64,000 nucleotides of DNA from Vicugna vicugna (lineage: Eukaryota): positions 2,273,520 to 2,337,519 of the forward strand of contig MU058844.1 in NCBI GenBank assembly GCA_013265495.1, given 5' to 3'. Positions 38,761-53,400 of the stretch are shown here, piece by piece (the first letter of the stretch is position 1; each line of letters begins with the position of its first letter). Below the pieces are notes generated by a model. It was given only the letters and a program-made list of their open reading frames with translations. It ran no database searches and was not told where the DNA came from. A program made the translations under genes and the position numbers.

Positions 38761-39383
38761 TGATCCAGCAATTCTACTCCTGGGCATTTATCCAGAGGAA
38801 ACTTTAATTCAAAAAGATACATGTACCCTAATGTTCATAGCAGCACTATGTACAATAGCCAAGACATGGAAACAACCTAAATGTCCATCAACAGATGACT
38901 GGATAAAGAAGTTGTGGTATATTTATACAAGGGAATACTATTCAGCCATAAAAAATAATAAAATAATGCCATTTGCAGCAACATGGACAGACCTGAAGAT
39001 TGTCATTCTAAGTGAAGTAAGCCAGAAAGAGAAAGAAAAATACCATATGATATCACTCATATGTGGAATCTAAAAAAAATACAAATGAACTTATTTATAA
39101 AACAGAAACAGACTCATGGACATAAAAAACAAATTTATGGTTACCAGATGGGAAGTGGGAAGAGATAAATTGGGAGTTCAAGATTTGCAGATACTACTAT
39201 ACATAAAATAGATAAACAAGGTCCTACTGTATAGCACAGGAAACTATATTCAATATCCTGTAGTAACCTATAGTGAAAAAGAATATGAAAATATGTACAT
39301 ATATGTATGACTGAACTATTATGCTGTACATCAGAAGTTGACACATCATTATAAACTGACTATACTTCAATTAAAAAAAAAAA
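38761..39383 (+). mobile_element. 5'-truncated lineage-specific L1 with poly(A) and a 15-bp TSD
   Basis: ORF2 C-terminus (MFIAALCTIAKTWKQPKCPSTDDWIKKLWYIYT...), 3' UTR and A-tail. TSD agaacagcctgagca 38746-38760 / agaacaacctgagca 39384-39398. Confidence 0.92.
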
Positions 39384-42119
39384 AGAACAACCTGAGCAGT
39401 AGATATAGGGCCCAGAAGCAAGGATGATCTTGATGCCAAATAATATCTTTTGAGGTCAGAAGCCCATAGCTAAACCATTCTCAGGAAGGTAGGAGATGAG
39501 CTAGATCCCCTAAGAGCAGAAATAATTCTATGGTGGGAGTGAATAGTAATGAGGGTAAGAATGAAGAAATGAAGAGAATGAAGCCAAACAGTATTTTTGC
39601 ATAGATTCTTTCATCCTCCTTCCCCCATTTCTTTGCATCAACATATATTTGTATCTGTTTAAAACTTTTTTTTCATATTCACAAGAAAAAATTTCTCTAA
39701 AGCTAACTGTTTGATATTGGAGAGTCCATGGAGGATTTCTTGAAATACTTCAATTTTCTCTGCTTAAGAGCTGTGTCTTAACACCAGCACAGACTCATGA
39801 TTTTAGTTACCCATGCATGGTTAAAGACCATATTATGAAGAAGAGGGCAACAAGGAACTTACTATGATATTAGCATTTTATTGACCTAGGATAAGTGAAT
39901 GATGGTCTCAATTTATATTCATTGAATAGTTCTTATCTTTAATAGCTGTGGTTTCATATAAGTTTCTATTTTTATTTGATTTTTAATATTACACTCCATT
40001 CAATTGGGTTAGAATAGGAAAATCACTCTGCAAAACTAGAGAGGCTTGTTGGAAGGTAATTAGTAGAAAAGTGGATCAAAATTATAGGATGTTCCTATAT
40101 CCCTAACAACTGAGGGCCTCAACAGACAGCACTTTAATCTTTATGTGCAAACCCCACAATATTCTGTTGAGAAACACAGAGGTTTAAAACACATTTTAAT
40201 GTTTAAGAAACATAGAGGTAGCCATTCCCCCTGGATTGTAAACCAACCTCTTTCTACTTCCTTCTAGAACCTTGTTCTCAGAGTGCTCTTCCTAGAAGTC
40301 TCATATGGGTTCATGACCTACCTTCAATTTTCTCCACTCTCTGTCCTTCTAAACAATTAATTAAAATATTTTTTTTCTACTTGACTACATTTTCATTTTA
40401 ACTCTCTCCTTTCTATTTCCTGGCAGCTTTTAAGTCAAGAAACTGCCATTGTCAGAATGATCTTGAATAAATCATACTACTACTAAGTTGTTTGGATCTC
40501 TCTTTAACATAAAAAAAAAAAAGTCAAGCTAATGATTCTTAAATATTTTCCTGTAACAAAGCTTTATAATTCTGAAAATAAAAGTTTTTAAAGAGCTACG
40601 GTTTTAGAGGAGTTTTAGAACTAAAAGCTACATAAGAGATAACTTGGTTAAACTCCCTATTTTACAAAGAAGAAATTAATTTTGTTTAGGATATAGTATA
40701 TGCTTGACTATTATAGTTTTTCTTCAATGATTTGTACTTTCCCAATTCATAACATCAATATATACTAGGTGAATTACCAAATAGGGATCTGGAGCTATTA
40801 TTTTTAAGAAAATGAAGTACAGCGCTGCATCAATATTACATTCTTTTCAAGGTACCTGGGATTTAATATATCCAGTAATTGTTGCACTTAAGTTCCAGTT
40901 TGAGAAATGTGGGTATCTTTTGTGCTTATTAATTATGATAAAGGCTGGTATAAGCTATTTTGACCTATTAATCACTTTACCAGGTAGAACAGTAGACCAA
41001 AGAATGCCATAAAAATAGCCAGCATGTATACAGCACTTACTATGTTTCAGACACTGTTTTAAGTACTTTACATATATTAACTTATTCAGTCCTCACAACA
41101 ATCCTACAAGATACCTGCTTTTGGGATGAATAACCTGAAATTCAAAGAGGTCAAGTAACTTGCCCAAGGTATGTGGAAAATTTAGAATACACATACATCA
41201 CTGGATGGAAAGATCCAAAATTTATTTCCCGGTGAAAAGTTCCAGGAGGGAATTTAATCAGTCGGGCACTATCAGTGTAGCCAAGGAAATTGTGGTACTG
41301 TAATTGGCTAGGTTTCAGTCACATGACAATCCTTTAACAGGGTATAATCAATCTTACAAAAACCACTTCAAGACAGATATTAGAGTATTACAAAATTTTT
41401 AAATATAGCAATCTTTAAAGTAGAATGTAGACTGGGCTAAATGAGAATAGAGCACTCTGAGGAATAAACTCACCCCAATTCACTGGGAGTTTTTTGTTTT
41501 GTTTTTTCCTACTGGTGAATGTAATTCAAATGCAAATTTTGAGAACCAGAGAGAAACCTACACAGGATTCATGGGTTTTCAGTCAATTGGACAGACACAA
41601 AATCTTTTGGTCTGGTCCCAGAAGTTCTTGTGGCCCCAAATCTTTCATGGCCTTCCAGAAAAATCTTTGTTTGTTATATATACCTCTGAAAGATATTGAA
41701 CGGGAAAGAGATGAGAAGGAATAATTTTTGGTATGCCTTATGAATATTGCTCATGTTTTGGTGCTAGCATAGAGTTGCATTTTCCCCCAGTTATTCTAGA
41801 CATCAAAATGTTTCTTCAAATGGAAAATGACACAAAGAGTCACAAGACTTTGGGCTTATAGATTTTATTGTTTATATATGATATAGGTTCTTAAATTGTG
41901 TTTGCTCAAGAATACTGTGCCTGTTAAATGTATGTAAAGAAACTAGAACATAAGAAATAGTTAATATAGGTACTTTCTCTTTCTTATAAGGTTAGAAATG
42001 GGAAGAGGAAGACTCAGTTATCAGTGTTCCTTTTTTTTCATATTTCTAAATTTGATGTATGTCACCTCCACATTCTTGTTCTCAACGTTTTCAAAACTAC
42101 TGAGTCCAAATGATGCAAA

Positions 42120-42300
42120 GGCTGGTTGCAAAATGTGGTGTTCCAGATCAGCAGTACCTGGGTACCCAGAAATGCAAATACTGGGACTCCTCAGACCCCT
42201 GATTCAGAAACTAAGCAGGTGGCGTCCCAGCAATCTTTGTTTTAACAAGCCTTCCTTACGGGTGGTGCTGATGCACACTGCTATTAAGGACCATGGGCAC
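42120..42300. mobile_element. MER5A-like remnant
   Basis: agaaatgcaaatactggg...ttcagaaact...cccagcaatctttgttttaacaagcc...gctgatgcacac. Confidence 0.7.
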
Positions 42301-43281
42301 AGGGACTCTCACTCTCTTTGGCAGGGGCTTCTTACCTGACTAGGGGTTAAGAGATTGTATTCTTTACTAATTGGTATTAAACAGAAATTTATGCCAGAAA
42401 TTTAATATAATCAATCCTATATAATTCTCTTCTCAAACAAAGAATGTAAGCTCATCTCGTCAACACAGAGTTGGGGAAGTACTTTTTGGCTTAGCTATTT
42501 TTTGTCTGCTAACAACACTCTCATTTGATATCCATACTATGTTCCCTGTGACTTGTTTCTGATATAAGATGTTTGTCCCTCTGGGGAATGTTATGGTCTA
42601 TTTCAGTGGCTTATCTGTAAATTCAATGGGATTCCTTTTATCCATAAATTCAGTGGGATTCAGTTTGATTTCTCATTGGGTAAAGGTTCCAGAGTCTCTC
42701 TTTACACTGTTCATGTAACATACAAACATTCCAATAGTGGGACAGGTTATTGAGAATTATTTTTAGTGACTATTTGGGACAATTTATCCTTTTTCCTACA
42801 ATATGTCTCTAGCATATTATTCATAAATCATTGATTGGCTCTCACAGGCTAGACATCTCCTAGTAGATGATATAAGATGATATAAAGTAGATGCTTTTAT
42901 AATAACCAGCTAGATCACCACCCATAATAACTAGCTTACACTCCTCCATTGACACAGTGTACTCAGCTTAGGATCAACATACCACAGAACTCATGGAAGA
43001 CAGACAGTTTGCTGGTTTAGGTAGGGTTAGCTTGGTTATAAAAAGTTATAAATCACCATGAATTTGCTCTCTGGTTTTAAGAATAAATCTGTACTTACTC
43101 ACCTAAGTAGCTTAATAACTTGACAGTTTGCCCATAAGCTGTCCAACAATCTCTACTGTCTCTACTATAAAGGACAAGCATATGCTTCATATTTGCATTG
43201 GATCGATATGAGGCCTATCTACATCCAGCTATTTTAGCTACAAAAAACATTTAGTCGAGTCACTTCAAGAAAACTATTTGT

Positions 43282-46200
43282 AGAGGAGAAGCAAGATGGC
43301 AGAGTAGAAGGATGCTTGTAGCTCACCTTCTCCCACAAATACACCAAAACTCACATCTATGGACCTACTTAGCCAACCAGAGCACCTGCCAAACTCTGAC
43401 AGAACGTTGCACTCTTCGAAAGACAAAGACGCCAAAACTCTGGTAGGAGAAAAGGAAAAAGAAAGAAGAAAAAGCAAAACAGTGTGGGACTGATCCCGTG
43501 GGGAGGGAGTGGCAAAGGAGGACTGGCACTTGTTCGCTGGGTCTCCCCTCTCCAACGGAGAGGCCAGCGGGATGGAGTGGGAGGCTCCGAGGCTCAGATC
43601 TGCCCCAAGCACCCCTTGACCGACAGAACTGAGTTAAACGGGCACAAAGGGTCCCTGCAACACCCAGCCCAAGACACGAGCCAGCAGCTGGAGCCAGGAC
43701 AGGCCACCTGAGCTGGACAGAGGACTGAGGCAGCTGCACTGAGGCAGCCCTGGGGGACTGCAGGGTGCTGCGCACCGTGACTGGGAGGGGATATGGAGCA
43801 GAACAACCTTGGTCCCCCATAAATTGCAAAAAAAGCAAAGCAACACGGCTGGTGTGCCCTGGGGGGAGGGGCACCGTAGCCTTTGTCTCCTCAGACCTGT
43901 GCCGCCATTAATGGCGCTTCTCGCCAGAAGAGAGGTGAGGTGCAGCCACAGCCACCATCTCCTCCTGTGCACAGTGCCTGGGCGGGGGCAGGGCAGAGCC
44001 CTGAATCCGCACCCGGGGGCTCTGCAACCTCATAGGCAGGACTGAGACTTGTTTACAGCCTGAGGCAGATAGGCTCTTTCTGCCCTGGCACCTCAGAGAA
44101 CTTGCGCAGCCAAGACAAGCAAAGAGCTGAGATTTGGCAAGGAGCAGGGGCGGGGCTGTTCTGCAGTCTTCCCAGAGCCCGCCTTTGGAGCGTCGACCTG
44201 AGACAGACCAGGCAGCTGCACAGAGCAGGGGAGCGACAGGTGCCGGGAGAGGGTGGGAAGCTACCCCCCCTTCCTGGAGGGAATGCAGCACCTGATCACG
44301 GTGCTGGGAGGGGGCACGATCTGCCCACCTGCCTCCCCCCAGTGCAACATCTGACTGCGGCATCGGGAGGGGGAGTGACCCACGTGCCCACCACGTAAGA
44401 GCTCAGCTCCTGACCCAGTGTTAAGAGGGCGCACAGTCTGCTAGCCGACAGCCACTGGGAGCGGCACAGATGAGGGCACCAACAGAGGGCCTCTGGAAAC
44501 AACAAGCTGAGTTCATGACACAGGGTGAAGACACAAAGACCTCTTGATAAAGTCATTAAGAGCACACCATATCCAGGAGAACTAGATGACTGATACTCCT
44601 TAAGCCACAGTGCCAGAGAGATATGAGCAATATGAAGAAGCAGAGGAACCACTCCCAATTAAAAGATCAAGAGAAATCCCGTGAAAGCACAATCAAGGAA
44701 ATAGACATTGATGGCCTACTAGATCAAGATTTCAAAAAAAGAACTTATCAAAGTACTGAAGGAACTAAAATAAATAGTGTTTAGAGATATAAAATATGTC
44801 TAAAATGAAATAGAAGCTATAAAGAAGAACCAAGTAGACTTAGTAAACTCATTGGCTGAGACGAGAGCTGACTTAAAATCTGTACAAAGCAGGCTAGATA
44901 ATGCAGAGGAACGAGTAAGTGACCTAGAAGACAGGACAACAGAAAGCATCCAATCAGAACAGCTGAGAGAAAAACAAATAAAAAACAATGAAAACAATAT
45001 AAGGGACCTATGGGATAATATAAAGCGTGCCAAACTATGTACAATAGGGGCTCCAAAAGGGGAAGAAAGAACAAAGGGGATTGAAAAGGTCTTTGAAGAA
45101 ATCATGAGTGAAAACTTCCCAAACCTAAAGGAATCAGATATCCAAGTACAGGACGCTCAGAGGGTCCCAAACAGGAAGAACCCAAACAGACCCACACCAA
45201 AATATATCATAATCAAGATGGCCAGAGTCAAGGACAAAGAAATGATCCTAAAGGCAGCAAGACAAAAACAAAGAGTGAGTTACAAGGGAACCCTCATAAG
45301 GTTTTCAGCTGATTTCTCGACACAAACACTACAAGCCAGAAGGGAGTGGCAAGATATATTCAAAGTCCTGAATGAAAAAAAAGATGCAGCCTAGGATACT
45401 TTATCCAGCAAGGCTATCCTTTAGAATAGAAGGAGAGATAAAGAACTTCACAGACAAGTAAAAACTAAAAGAGTTTAGTAAGACTAAACCATGCTAAAAG
45501 AAATATTGACAGGTCTACTCTAAATAGAAAAGAAGCAGGATGCTACAAAAGTGAGAAACTCATAGCTGGAAAGAGATAACTGCCATGAATTACAAAAAGA
45601 ATAAACACAAAATTGTAAAAGAAGACATCTAAATCATTAAGAGTGGGAGAGGGAAACAAGGAAAGCCACTGTGGAAAACAGTATGAAAATTCCTCAAAAG
45701 ACTAGGAATAGACTTACCATGTGACCCAGGAATACCACTCCTGGGCATATATCCAGAAGGAACCAAACTTCAAAATGACACCTGCACCCCAGTGTTCATA
45801 GCAGCACTATTTACAATAGCCAAGACATGGAAGCCTAGATGTCCATCAACAGATGACTGAATAAAGAAGCTGTGGTATATTTATATGATGGAATACTATT
45901 CAGCCACAAAAACCAACAACATAACACCATCTGAAGCAACATGGATGTTCCTGGAGAATATCATTCTAAGTGAAGTAAGCCAGAAAGAGAAAGAAAAGTA
46001 CCATATGAGATTGCTTATATGAGGAATCTAAAAAAAACCAAAAACCAAACAAACAAAAAAACAAATACAAAACAGAAACAGACTCATGGACATAGAATAC
46101 AAACTTGTTGCTAAAGGGGATGAGAGGTGGGAAGAGACAGACTGGGATTTAAAAATGCAGAATAGAAAACAAGATTATACTGTATAGCACAGGGAAAAAT

Positions 46201-46352
46201 ATACAAGATCTTGTGGTAGTTCATAGCGAAAATAAAAATGTGACAATGAATATACATATGTTCATGTATGACTGAAAAATTGTGCTCTACACTAGAATTT
46301 GACACAACATTGTAAAATGACTATTACTCGATAAAAAAATGTAAAAAAAAAA
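43282..46352 (+). mobile_element. L1 with 5' UTR, decayed ORF1, near-complete ORF2 deletion, 3' UTR, poly(A) and TSD
   Basis: 5' end agaggagaagCAAGATGGC (YY1-type site), a GC-rich 5' UTR and ORF1, then a jump to the ORF2 end at ~45664. TSD aagaaaactatttgt 43267-43281 / aagaaaagtatttgt 46353-46367. Confidence 0.92.
44623..45523 (+). pseudogene. L1 ORF1p remnant
   Basis: Segment 44852-45394 translates to L1 ORF1 motifs (RLDNAEERVSDLED, LWDNIKR, ENFPNL, ADFSTQTLQARREW). Frameshifts lie in A-runs (~44735, ~45380) and there are in-frame TAA stops. Confidence 0.88.
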
Positions 46353-46986
46353 AAGAAAAGTATTTGTTGTAAGTATAACATAGGGATTCTTTTTCTAATG
46401 TCTGCAGGGTCTAGAGGTCCCTGTTGACATTATAGTTCATGAAACCAGCTTTTTAAAACTTAATTATGTTCCAGATATTAATTTCAAAGCTGATGGGATA
46501 TTGTGGGGAAGCATCCCATGGGAAAGCTTGGAGGTGGCATGGGTTTGACATTATAGCAGACACATACTTGAGTGTAAGTGGTTCAAAGCCTGAAAGTGCT
46601 GAAAACTCGGTATCAGTGCTGCATAGATGAGCCCCTTCAGGTGCAGACTATGGAGGAAGTCCTCTAATGAACACTTCACTTCCACACAGCTCCTGCCATT
46701 CAGATGATTCTTTATTCCCTGGTTAGCACCTTCTAGGTCTCACCGTCCCTCATGTTTGTTCTCCAGGCTTGGGGCTCCTGACAGTCAGGGTTTCTTCCTT
46801 GGTCTTCCTCTCTTCTCAGACTGCTTTGGCATCCTATACATACTCCCTTTTTACTCCTCCATACAAAAACTCCCTTCTCTCCCTTTTGCTAATGGTAGTT
46901 CTTTTTGGACAATAAAATGGATCCTGCTTACCCATTCAAACTTGAACTGCAATTGTTATTAAGCAGTAAAACTATCTCCTCCACTC

Positions 46987-47000
46987 CCACTAGGGGGCAG
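46987..47000 (+). promoter_or_regulatory. CTCF motif, forward
   Basis: CCACTAGGGGGCAG(TG), an exact match to the core. Confidence 0.65.
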
Positions 47001-48249
47001 TGAAAGCCCAATCTTCCTAAAGACCACTGTTTTGTATCCTTTGGAGACTCACAGGGCTTCTAGAGGGCTTTAATCAGATGGCTTATTCTAGAAAGGGATC
47101 CAGAAAAAGTGTTCAAGAGTGGGGAACGGATACCATATATACTCCCCCTCTGTTTGGAGAAATATTTTATTTCTAAGATCTAACCAGTGGGCTTTTCTAT
47201 CTGCCATATCCAGTATACAGACAAGGGAAGCCATGGATGGCCTGAATATACTATCAAAAGGCTCTGCATGCATTACATGAAAATGTCAACCACTGTGCTA
47301 CATGCATATTGACTGCAGTACCTTCCCCGATCACACTCACTTCTAAATAAACCTATCTCCATGACAGCACTGGTTGCCTTAAGCTGTCAGCTACGTAACA
47401 AATGGTCCCTTGACTATAGGCTGGTCAGGCAACAATAACCTCTACGGCTAGACTTGAAAAGATGACTCAGGTCTGTTCAACTCTTGCTTCTATAAATTTA
47501 AATTTGGAATGAGAAACACATGAAATGTTTTCCAGTTAGCAGTGGGAGTTTCAGATGGAAAGTTAGGATATAGAGAAAAGATGCAAAGGACTGATATGCA
47601 AACTGAAGTTATGAGAGATTGTAAATAATGAAGAAGCTGATGTGGTGTAGAGAAGCAGATACTACCTGAGGGAGGAGAAAATAGGTGCTCTCCATAATGA
47701 GCTTTTTCTGCCTGTCTTTACCGAACAGGATTTTTACCCTCAACTAGTTTTGATTTTAAAAACTCAGCTTATTTCTGATATGTTTTAAATAGTCATTTGA
47801 TCCTTTCTGGGTCATTCTCTACCAGGTTCTTGCTCCTAACAGTATTGGGAATCTTAGTTTTTTCATCCTGCCAAAGGCTTTTGGTCAATAATTAGAGTGA
47901 AAGCCTTTTGAACCTGTTGTCTTACTGCTGGTAACAGCACCACCTTCCCAGCACTCTGCCAATGGCCCTTGTCAAATGGCCTCTTAGCAGAAGTCTGAAA
48001 AGCTCTCTTCACCACAGAGGTGGAATATTTGGTTGATCCATCCCAAGATGATTCCCTTAACTGGTCATTCCCCAGCTGGAATCTCTTCATTTCTTTCCCT
48101 TGTTGCTTCTGGCTCCTAGCATGGTCTTCTCTTTAAGACTGTCTTGCTCTGAAGAGTTCATAAGCAATCTACCTACTATCTTCTCAGATCTTTCATGAGC
48201 TGGCCAAGAGTTATAGACTTTCTGTTCACCCTATTTTTTTCCCATAGAC

Positions 48250-49420
48250 TCTGTACCCAGGCTCATTTAAGTTGTTGGTCACATTCTCTTTGTGACTGTA
48301 CAGTTGAGGTTGTCATTTATTTGCTGGCTGTCAGCTGTAGGTCACGCCAGCTCTAAAAGCCATTGTTCTTGCACATGTTCTTGTAGAAGACTTGCATGTG
48401 GGCCACTACATCTCTGAATCCTTATCCCATGTCGAATCCCTTGGACATCCCCTTTTTCTGCACCTCTCTTTCCTTCCTCTTCACGCAATCTCTCTGACTC
48501 TACCGGAGAATGTTTTCTGCTTAAGAAGGTTCATGTGATTAGAGTTGGGCCCATTCAGATATTCCAAGGCAATCTCCCAATTTTAAGGTCCGAGTATATA
48601 ACCTTAATTACACTGGCAAAGTCCTGTTTGCCATACAACATAACATATTGCAGGTTTCAGGAATTAGGGTTTGGACATCTTTAGGGATCTATTCTACCTT
48701 TCATACTTGTTCAGTTTCTGAATATGAAGCAGTTTTCAGATCCAATCTTATTGACTAAAAAGAGGCTGCATTCCCAGGAGGAACGATTGTGCAGTACTTT
48801 GACAAATGAACATGGTCATGATTTCCCCTATTCATTCCCAGAGGTAACTCTGGCCATTTACTCTGGTAACTGCACTGGAGAAAGAGCAATGCTCGTACAT
48901 TTGGAAGACTATTGAACTTACCAATCATAACCCTCCTGTTTGAGTGTGGGCATATGGGACTTGGTAATAAATGGAGTTCTGGCCAAAATCAAGCCCACAG
49001 GGATCCACTGGGTTTATAGACACAGATGGTAGTTATTTTATCACTGTCTGAATATATAATTGGAATAGGCATCCTGGTAATTGGGATAACTCTCACATCA
49101 AATCCTGGTCCTATGAGATAAGAGCTATCGTAGTAAGGCAGGCCAAGAAGAACCCTCTGAAAATTTCCCTCTCCAAGGTAGTCAAGTATAATGTATCTCC
49201 AGCAGATGGTGGCTACAGAGTTCATGAAATGTTTGATAAACCAGAACAGGTTCCCACGTATCATTAAATCAGACCAGGATGAAATGCTTTACATCAAAGA
49301 ACAAGTGGCAGTAGCCCTATGACCATGGAAACCACCAGTCATATGACACACGAGACCCCTGCAGCCTGACAGAGCACTGGTGAAGCCTGCGGAAGGCACA
49401 GCTGGAGCTCCAGCTCCTCC
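48250..49420. mobile_element. MaLR LTR remnant plus ERVL/MaLR internal fragment
   Basis: ttcatgtgattagagttgggccc...aatctcccaattttaaggtc...ccttaattacactggcaaagtcc (MLT1-like), then taataaatggagttctggcc...ataattggaataggcat...ggccaagaagaaccctctgaaa (ERVL-int-like). Strongly decayed. Confidence 0.5.
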
Positions 49421-49689
49421 AGCTATAGAGTCCATGGGATGGCCTAATAATCATCCTGTACCCTAATGCTATCTTAGTGTCTGCCTCCAAGACAAATCAA
49501 CCTGCTACACGTATACTAACTACTCCACCAACATTTGTTGAGAGGCACATAACTAAAGTGTCTTCATAATCTGATGCTAATGGACATTATGCTCAACTCC
49601 TCAATATGCATTCCTTCCGGAAGATCAGTTTAGACAATGAGGATAGTCTGCTCAGCTGCCCAGGGGCCAGCCATTTCACTAGCTTCACA

Positions 49690-50450
49690 ATGTGTTCTCA
49701 ATCCAGCCACTTCTGAGCTTCATCACCATCATCCTTGTCTAAGCCACACTGTTCTCTTACCTGCACTTCTTCTAGCCTCCTGTCTCTGCTTCTGCACCTG
49801 CCCTCTACAACCGATTCTCTGCAGGCAGAGTGATCTTTTCCAAAATGTAAATCAGATCATAACACTATTTTCCTCAAAAAAACTCAGTGCCTTCCTATTC
49901 ACCTTAGAACAAATCCAGCATCCTTACCAAGGCCTCTAGGACCCATCGCGATCTGCACCTGCTTGCTAACTCTCTGACCTCAGCTCCTTACATGTTCTAC
50001 TTTTCTTATTCTGTTCTAGCCACTCTGCTTTCCACAGTGTTTCTTGAACATTGCCAAATGCATTCCTGGCTCAGGGCTGTGGACTTGCTGTTCTCTCTGT
50101 ATAGAAACAGCTTTTCTTAGATACTCACATGGCTCCCTCCTTCAATTCACTCAGGTCTCTGCTTAAAAGTCACTTCCTTAGAGACTCTTTCTCTGCCCAC
50201 CCAACCCAGAACTCTCCCCTGGAGACATATCTATTCTTCTTTCTTTCTTATACTACTGTGTTTTTGTTTTTGTTTAAGGAATGTATAACCTGACTCTATG
50301 TTTTGTTAATTTGTGTATTTTCAGTTTCTCCAACCAGAACATAAACTCACAAGGGCAAGGGTTCTATTTAATTTAATGTTGTGGTATTTAAAAATGCTTG
50401 GAACAGTTCTTGGTGACATTAGATGGATTCATTAAGTATTTGTTAAATTA
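49690..50450 (+). mobile_element. L2 remnant
   Basis: cagagtgatcttttccaaaatgtaaatcagatcat...tcaggtctctgcttaaaagtcac...cattaagtatttgttaaat. Confidence 0.7.
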
Positions 50451-53400
50451 AAAACCTACTCAGAAATGGGTAAATGTCCCAACTCTGGTCTAAGACATGT
50501 GAGAGAAAGTGTGTTAAGTGTCTTCTGAGAAAGATTCATTATTTCTAAGCTAGACCTACAGGAAGAGACGAGGCTCTCTCTTCTTCCTCTGGATATGTGA
50601 ACGATGAAAATGTGAAGCCTGGAATTGCAGCATTAAGTTTTGAATCATCCTGAAGAGGAAACATATGCAAAGACTGAAGGTCATGGAGAGATGGAGAGAA
50701 CCTGGGTCCCTGATGATGTTACTGAGCTGCCAACTCATCTCAATCTGAGGCATCCCGCTAGGGGTATACAAAAGTCAGAGGCAGTAAATGGCTAACTGAC
50801 TATGCCATGCTTTTAAGGGTATCATTTCATTCATGGCTTTATTCCTCACAGCCAGGAGCAATTTGGCTGATGCATGTACCTTTTCTAGCTCTTCTTACTA
50901 TATGGTACTGTACACCTGGTTCTTTTGATACATTAAAACTCCAGATGTCCAGCTAACTGCCCATCTGTGTTTTGCTCAATCCCTGGCTTCTATACATGTG
51001 AAATTTTACTGATTTCTAACACTTCCTCTTATGTGGACCAACTCAGAAGTTCCCTTTACTGTCATGCCTTACTAACACTTCACTGCTGCATTACAATCAC
51101 GTTTTCTGCTGTAGCCCCACAATTTACTGTGTGTCTTCTTCCTGGTTCCTATTAGTTTAGGCTTGATGCTGCAGTGATTTTTCACCATTCTCATCTTCAC
51201 TCATTCATGTAATCATTTATCCATTCACTGATTCACCAATAGTCATTGAAAACTTATTGCCAGGCTTTGCACATATATCAATAAACAAAATGTATAAAAA
51301 TGTCTGCTGTAATAGAGTTTACATTCTTTTTGATGCAGTGGGGGCATCCATTCAAGGAACTAATCAATTAAATAGTGTATCAGGGAATAAATGGTATGAA
51401 GACAAAGAACAGAGGAGTGAATAAGGAATACCAGCATATGTGAGGGAGAATTGCAATCTTAAAAAGGGGTTGGTCAGGGAGGCAGTTCACCTCATTTAGA
51501 AAGTGACATATGAGTAAGACTTGAATGAGTAAGACTTGAATAAAGCAGTGAGCCTTGGGCTTGGGGCAGAGTGCTCCAGGTATGGGCAATAGGCCCTGGG
51601 GCAAGAGAACAGTCAAAAACCTTTATGTCCAAGGACCCAGAACAGACATTCAATGGGTGAAACTTCAATAAGTGATTATTTAAAGGGCATTGTGTTTTGT
51701 ATCAAATAGTCGTTTCTATTGACTGGATTTATAATTATATACATCATTAAGGTATTAAATTAGTCCTAATTCAACATTTTAACAGAATATAGTGTGAAAC
51801 AGATTTGTTTTCTACCATTCAGGGAACTTTCCTAAGATAATTACAAGTCCCAGTGTTCAGACTCACATACTTTAGTTTTAATTTCTCCCACCTCAGTGTT
51901 AACTCCAGATCTCAGATGCATTGACCTGAGGCTAGCAGATGTCTCAATAATACCTAGAGATAAAATAAGCCACAGTTACAAGATGTATGGCCCAAAGAAT
52001 ATTACATTCACTGATGCTTTGATCTCTTCTCTTGCCTATGTGACACACTGCAGTTCATATTGAAGATCCTATCCTGGCTACTCCAGGTCCACAGTAGCAT
52101 TAGTCATCAGGTGTGCCCCTTGGTGCAAGACCATCTCAGCTTCTACTGAGTCACCATATCACAGCCACTGATCCTACCACTCTGTTCCAGTAGCATGATT
52201 CCTGATGTCTGGCCAAGACCTGGGTAATCTGTCACTACCTTAAAGAGCACTATATCATCCCCATTCCCTATTCTGCGGACTGGGGCAGAGCCACCCATCA
52301 GGAAACATTTCCAGGACTACCTGACTCAAGATCATCCAGGCCTTAGTGGGTAAGTCTGCATCATGTGTCTAGGTATCGGTGCTCTCAGGAGAGCCTTGAA
52401 CATCCTTCCTTGTAAGGCAGGATTATTCCAGTCTATCAAGAATAATAACATGCCACAAAATACTTGGATTCTACGAGGTTTCACGGCTTCCTATACACGT
52501 GTACATACATTTGTCAAGTATCCATTACATTTGCTGCAGGAAAAATGGCTGCCTAATTGCTTTACATCCTCACAATCAACACATCAGTACAGAAATTCTT
52601 CTCAAAAGCAAAAATCTATTTCACGATGTTTTGCTGTCACCACGCTAAATAGACGAGCTAGCCACATTTAAATGGCAGTTTCTGTAGTTAAATCACACAT
52701 GCTAAAATGGTTCTCTTATTTTTTTTCCATTATTATATATTTTTAATTAGAAGTTTTAAAAAATAATTTATAGAAAAAAATCTTTGGATTACTGTAACTG
52801 GTAAGTTGATCAGGAAGAAAACAAAAAAGCTTTTTCAATGAGTTTGAAGGAGTTTTGTAAGAAGTTGTATGAATGCTTATATTAGTATAAAGTTGCATGT
52901 ATTATTTTGAGGAAAATGCATCATAATCTCGTTTAAAATTGTTATGTATATGAAATTAAGCTCAGATGTACTACTTGCGATCTTCAGGGCCCAGAGACAG
53001 AAGTAACTGATAAATCTCCGTGTAAAATCACTCTGTCTACACAATCATACTGGTTTTATCATCAGATACATTATGTTAGTTAGAAGCTGTTGCAGGACAG
53101 ATTATTACAATGAGATAAATTCTGTAGTTTGTTGTCATTGACTTTTTAGCAAAACTCTCTGAATAGAGATGATTGATAGACAAATCTACAGATACTGATA
53201 CAGATGATTTGGATAGATGTATATATATATACATTTTGCTTCTATCAACACTGAGAGCCTAGTATAGGCTAGATGCTGTTCTAAGTACAATGGACATGGT
53301 GATGACCTAGTTCTCTCATGCAGCTTCTAGTGTACTCAGAAAGAACATAAATATGCAAACAAATAATTTTAAATGGTGAAAAGAGAAGGATGAATGGGAA

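Noticed and set aside
43274..44658. Several 70-170 aa ORFs on both strands
   Set aside because: They lie in the GC-rich L1 5' UTR and show no homology that I recognise.
51510..51539. 15-bp tandem duplication atgagtaagacttga x2
   Set aside because: Ordinary slippage duplication within an L2-like remnant.
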